From the NCBI RefSeq assembly GCF_009914755.1, contig NC_060932.1: a stretch of DNA of 64,000 bases. One strand, given 5' to 3'. The translations under genes were made by a program, and so were the position numbers. The notes under the pieces were generated by a model, which saw only the letters and a program-made list of their open reading frames with translations, was not told the origin of the DNA and ran no database searches. The stretch is from the human T2T-CHM13v2.0 reference genome, Homo sapiens. Shown in pieces: positions 59,405-64,000 of the stretch (positions are counted from its first letter, which is position 1; each line of letters opens with the position of its first letter).

Positions 59405-59864
59405 TATATTATTTTGCTTAGGGCTACCATAGAAAAGTATGTGATATTAGATGGTTTAAAAAAGAAAATACATGTTGTCTCACAATTCTGGAGGCTAAAA
59501 GTCCCAAATTCAGGAGTCAGCAGGGCCATGCTCCCTCTGAGACTTTCAGCAGAATCCTTCCTTGCCTCTTCCTAGCTTCTAGATGTAGGCAGCAGCCGTG
59601 GGCATTCCTTGCTTGCAGCTGCATCGTCCAATCCATGCTTCCATCATCACACAGCCATATTCACATCACCTTCTCTGTATATCTTTGTTCAAATTTCCCT
59701 TTTATAAGGATGGCAGTCATTGGATGACAGCCCACCCTAATCCCTTCATCTTAACTTGGTTAAATCTCCAAAGACTCTATTTCCAAATAAAGTCACATTC
59801 TGAGCTACAGGAGGTTAGGACTTCAACATATCATTTTTAGGGTGACACAATTTAACTCATAAAG
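59405..59864 (-). mobile_element. MLT1C-like MaLR LTR
   Basis: TCTCACAATTCTGGAGGCTA...CAGCAGGGCCATGCTCCCTCTGA...GTTAGGACTTCAACATATC. Confidence 0.9.
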
Positions 59865-61329
59865 GATTGATTGGTTCTCATAGCACCTTTAAAAACAGAA
59901 TTGTTATCATATGTCAACATCTTTATGAGAGCAAAAATCTACAAAGAATAAAGCTATTCCCAAAAAGTTAATACAATTCTCAAATAAAGGATGACTGCCT
60001 TGAGAAGGATAATCTATGGTAGTTTTTTTATTCTCTCACTTTTCCTACTCCATGAGCATGTTCCAGAGAATGTGTAAAACTCTACAAACTACCTTCGTAA
60101 TTTTTGGTGACTTTCATTCACGGAATATGAATTTTCAATGCTTCAGTGGGCTTGCATTTAGGTCTGGATCCTTTCACCTTTATGGCCACATAAATCCTAA
60201 CACAGGTTTATTGAAACTACACAGAGTCCTTCAAATTGGTTTCACAAATTCCAAGAGAGTGGGGATTAGAATCTTAATTGTGAGGCCTGAGAAGGAATGG
60301 ATATCAGCTCATAAACATGTTTAAAACATGTCTAACTTGCTAAACAACTTGATTTTTCCTACAAAGGCTTTTGTTTTCAGCACCAGAATGAAAATTCTTA
60401 GGCTGACAGATTAACTTCATTGGATAGCTGATTTTTGTTGAATGCTGGGTTTGAGAGCCAGTAACAAGCCTCATAAGAAAAATCCAAGCAACACATAATG
60501 CTTGGCCTCAAGACAACCCACAGGCAAAGCAAATCCTTATCAAGAGGCCACTGGTGATCCAAGTAATCAAGTTGAGTTTAAATTAATGTGCGGATGCACG
60601 TGCTGTTCAAGGAACATGAACGTCGTGTCATGGGACAGAGAGTGAAAGAAGATGAAGAACAAACACCTACTTCTCAATATATTATCAAACATCATGTTTG
60701 GAATTACTCTAAAAGTACACACAGTGAAGCATAAACTGCATTTGACCCATCTATTATCTGGAAGTTAAATATATCTAATTCATTTATTTCCACTAATCAG
60801 CTGCTACACATTTTTCTCCGGCTTCTGCCATCTGCTTTTAATTACCAAAACAATTCACAATCCAAACTGAAATGATAAATAGTTAATCATCACAGGCTTT
60901 TACAGGTGCGGGTCAAAACTTGAAGAAATAAGCAGCTTTATTTCATTTCAAAGAGAGTCAAAACTTACATAAATTTAGAACATTGTCAGTTACCTTTTTT
61001 ATCGGCCATTTTGAGAGTTCATAAAATCAATTTGAAAAGTAATCTTTGCTAACAAGATTAACAGTGTTATTTTCGGCAGTATGTTTGAAATTAAGTTTTA
61101 AAGACCCAGACTAACAGATTCATGGAAGGAAGGAAGCCTATGAAGAAAAATAACTAACACTGCCTCCAACCACAACAACGAAATCCTGGGCAGCTGAAGT
61201 TAGACAGCATGACTGTTTCAACAACTAAGTTTAAATTAAGTTTACCTTCATATCAGATTAACATCAATTTTGTGGAAAAGAAAACCCAATTCTTAATTTT
61301 CCTTTTCAGACAAGAGAAATTAAGAAAGA

Positions 61330-61500
61330 GAAATGAAATTAACATTGCAGAATGTCTGCTATATATTTAGTATGTTACAAATTCAATCCTGTAAACAGCC
61401 CTGTACAGATTATTTCTCCCACTTTAAGAAAACTGAGCCAAAGAGATAAATTCAAGTTGAGAGTCAAACCCAGGGCAGTTTGTGATTGATGAGTACCTTC
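61330..61500 (-). mobile_element. MIR SINE
   Basis: AACAGCCCTGTACAGATTATTTCTCCCACTTTAAGAAAACTGAGCC. Confidence 0.6.
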
Positions 61501-61939
61501 CACAGCTTGATTTAACACATGATGAACAGCAAAAAAGTTGATAAGAGAAAGTTTCACTGTATTTCCTTTAAAGGACACTACTGGATTGACAAGTACTGGT
61601 GTTAAAAAAAAAAAAAAAAAAAAAGTTCATTTTCCATCAGTACATGTCTCATCAAAGATAAAGTCCAGACAATTTTACACACATAGACACACACAGGCCC
61701 ACAAATATGGTCTGAAATATTTAAGACAATGATAATGAAGTGTTATATTTTTAACTTTTTGGTGTTTTACAATTTTAACAATGTGCTGAACCCTGAGTGA
61801 TTAAAGGTGGTGTTTTGAGGTTCCCGAAGAGATGCAAAAGTTACACAAATTGTTAGAATCAATATTCTTAACTATAGTAAGATATTTTTTATAATTGTTA
61901 TGGAAATGTGTACATCTTACAAAAGAAAGAGTTGGTTGT

Positions 61940-63625
61940 TTTATTTTTTATTTATGTTTACTTTTTAATTCAATTTTTATTTTAGGTTCAAGGGGGTACA
62001 TGTGCAGGATGGTATATTATGTGACACTGAGGTTTGGGGTTTGAATGGTCCCATCACCCAGGTAGTGAAAGCATAGTACTTCATAGGGAGTTTTTCAGCC
62101 CTTGCCCCCTCCTTCCCTTCCCTCTTTTGCAGTCTGTATTAGTCAGGTTTCTCTAGAGGCAGAGAACTAATAAAAGGGGAGTTTATTAAATATTATATGA
62201 TCACAAGGTCCCACAATAGGCTGCCTGAAAGCTGAGGAGCCAGTCCAGTTCCCAAAACTAAAGAACTTGGAGTGCAATGTTCAAGGGCAGGAAGAATCCA
62301 TGGGAGAAAGATGTAGGCTGGGAGGCTAGGCCAGCCTCCCCTTTTCATATTTTTCTGCCTGCTTTATATTCGCCGGCAGCTGATTATATTGTGCCCACCA
62401 GATTAAGGGTGGATCTGCCTTCCCAGTCCACTGGCTCAAATGTTAATCTCTTTTGGCAACACCCTCACAGACACACCCAGGATCAACACTTTGTATCATT
62501 CAATCCAATCAAGTTGACACTCAGTATTAACCATCACACAGTCCTTAGTGACTACTGTTCCCATTTTATGTCCACATGTACCCAGTGTTTAGCTCCCACT
62601 TATAGGTGAGAACATGGGGTATTTGGTTATCTGTTCCTGTGTTAATTTGCTTAGAATAACGGCCTCCAGTTACATCCATGTTGTTGCAAAGAACATGATC
62701 TTGTTTTTTCTTATGGCTGCCTAGTATACCATGGTGTATATGTATCATATTTTCTTTATCCAGTCCACTTTTGATGGGCATCTAGGTTGAGTCCATGCCT
62801 TTGCTATCCTGAACAGTGCTGCTATGAACAAACAAGTGTGTGTGTCTTTTTGGTAGAATAATTTATTTTCTATTGGGTATTTACCCAGTAATGGGATTGC
62901 TGGGTCAAATGGTAGTTCCGTTTTAAGTTCTTTGAGAAATCTCCAAACTGCTTTCCACAGTGGCTGAACTAATTTACATTCCCAACAGTGTATAAGCATT
63001 CCATTTTCTCCACAGCCTTGCCAGCATTTGTTATTTTTTGTCTTTTTAGTTATAGCTATTCTAACTGGTGTAAGATGATAGCTCATTATGGTTTTGATTT
63101 GCATTTCTCTGGTGATTAGTGATGTTGAGCATTTTTTTATGTTCGTGGCCACCTGTGTGTCACCTTCTAAGAGGTGTCTGTTCATGGTCCTTGTCCATTT
63201 TTAATGAGGTTATTTGCTTTTTATTGTTGAGTTGTTTAAGTTCCTTATAGATTCTGAGTATGAGACCTTTGTCAGATGCATAGTTTGTAAATATTTTCTC
63301 CCATTCTGTGGGTTGTCTGCTTACTCTGTTGATAGTTTATTTTGCTGTGCAGAAGCTTTTTCATTTAATAGATTCCACTTGCCAATTTTTATTTTTGTTG
63401 CAATTGCTTTTGAGGACTTAGTCATAAAATCTTAGGCAAGGCCAATGTCCAGAATGATATTTCCTGGTTTTCTTCTGGGATTTTTATAGTTTGAGGTCTT
63501 AGATTTAAATATTTAATTCATTTTGAATTATATTTTGTATATAGTGAAATGTAGAGGTTCAGTTTTATTCTTCTCTATACAGCTATCTAGTTATCCCAGT
63601 ACCATTTATTGAATGGGGAGTCTTT
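61940..63625 (-). mobile_element. 5'-truncated L1 (old L1PA/L1PB) 3' end, interrupted by MLT2A
   Basis: ORF 62745-63185 is the ORF2 Cys-rich C-terminus ([25 protein letters not shown]); 3'UTR GGGGGTACATGTGCAGG and T-rich tail. Confidence 0.95.
62135..62538 (-). mobile_element. MLT2A1-like ERVL solo LTR
   Basis: TGTATTAGTCAGGTTTCTCTAGAG...TATTAACCATCACA; perfect 5-bp TSD CAGTC. Confidence 0.95.
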
Positions 63626-64000
63626 ATATTTTTATATCTGCTTAGATCCAGTACTTCTTAGGCATAGTGCATGGAGCACTCAATGTTGAAATAATGCTGA
63701 GTATTCCCAAATTCAGATTCTGAGGCATGACTCCAGAAATTCATATTTTCAATAACCTCAAGGTAATATAGTAGCTGCATTGCACAGTCTTAATTTTTTA
63801 AGTGTCAAAATGCTGACTCCTCAAAACATCAGCAAAACAACCCATTGATAACACAAACTTGGTTAATTGTTGACTGCAGTAAGAGAGAACTTACCTCAAC
63901 AAAGTCTTACTGGTCGTCACAGGCCAAAGTTGGGAAAATTGGGATTATAACGTTAGGTTTAAGGTGGGCCTTATAATGTGAAGGCTTCATTAAGACTGAG

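Overview
AT-rich primate (human-like) non-coding DNA that is intergenic or deep intronic. I see no intact protein-coding gene, RNA gene or CRISPR array. The longer or recognisable ORFs in the track derive from Alu, L1 or LTR elements, and the rest look like chance ORFs. The window is dominated by Alus, L1/L2/L3 fragments, MIRs, MaLR/ERVL/ERV1 solo LTRs and small DNA transposons. The centre (about 26.5-39.0 kb) is a nested structure. An old + strand L1M hosts MLT2A, LTR12 and MER50-like LTRs and a degenerate processed PGAM1 pseudogene. The pseudogene is itself split in its 3' UTR by a MER57 LTR, a 5'-intact but 3'-deleted L1PA and an AluY with no target-site duplication (TSD). The most unusual signal is a complex inverted duplication in the pseudogene 3' UTR (28605-28781), with microhomology at each junction, which creates a hairpin stem of about 70 bp. 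Other points of interest are an apparent Alu-associated deletion, a 35-bp minisatellite with splice-acceptor-like units, a triplicated Alu target site, an old local duplication and several repeat-free candidate enhancers. Repeat subfamily names and the PGAM1 comparison come from recalled consensus sequences, not database searches, and boundaries of old repeats are approximate.
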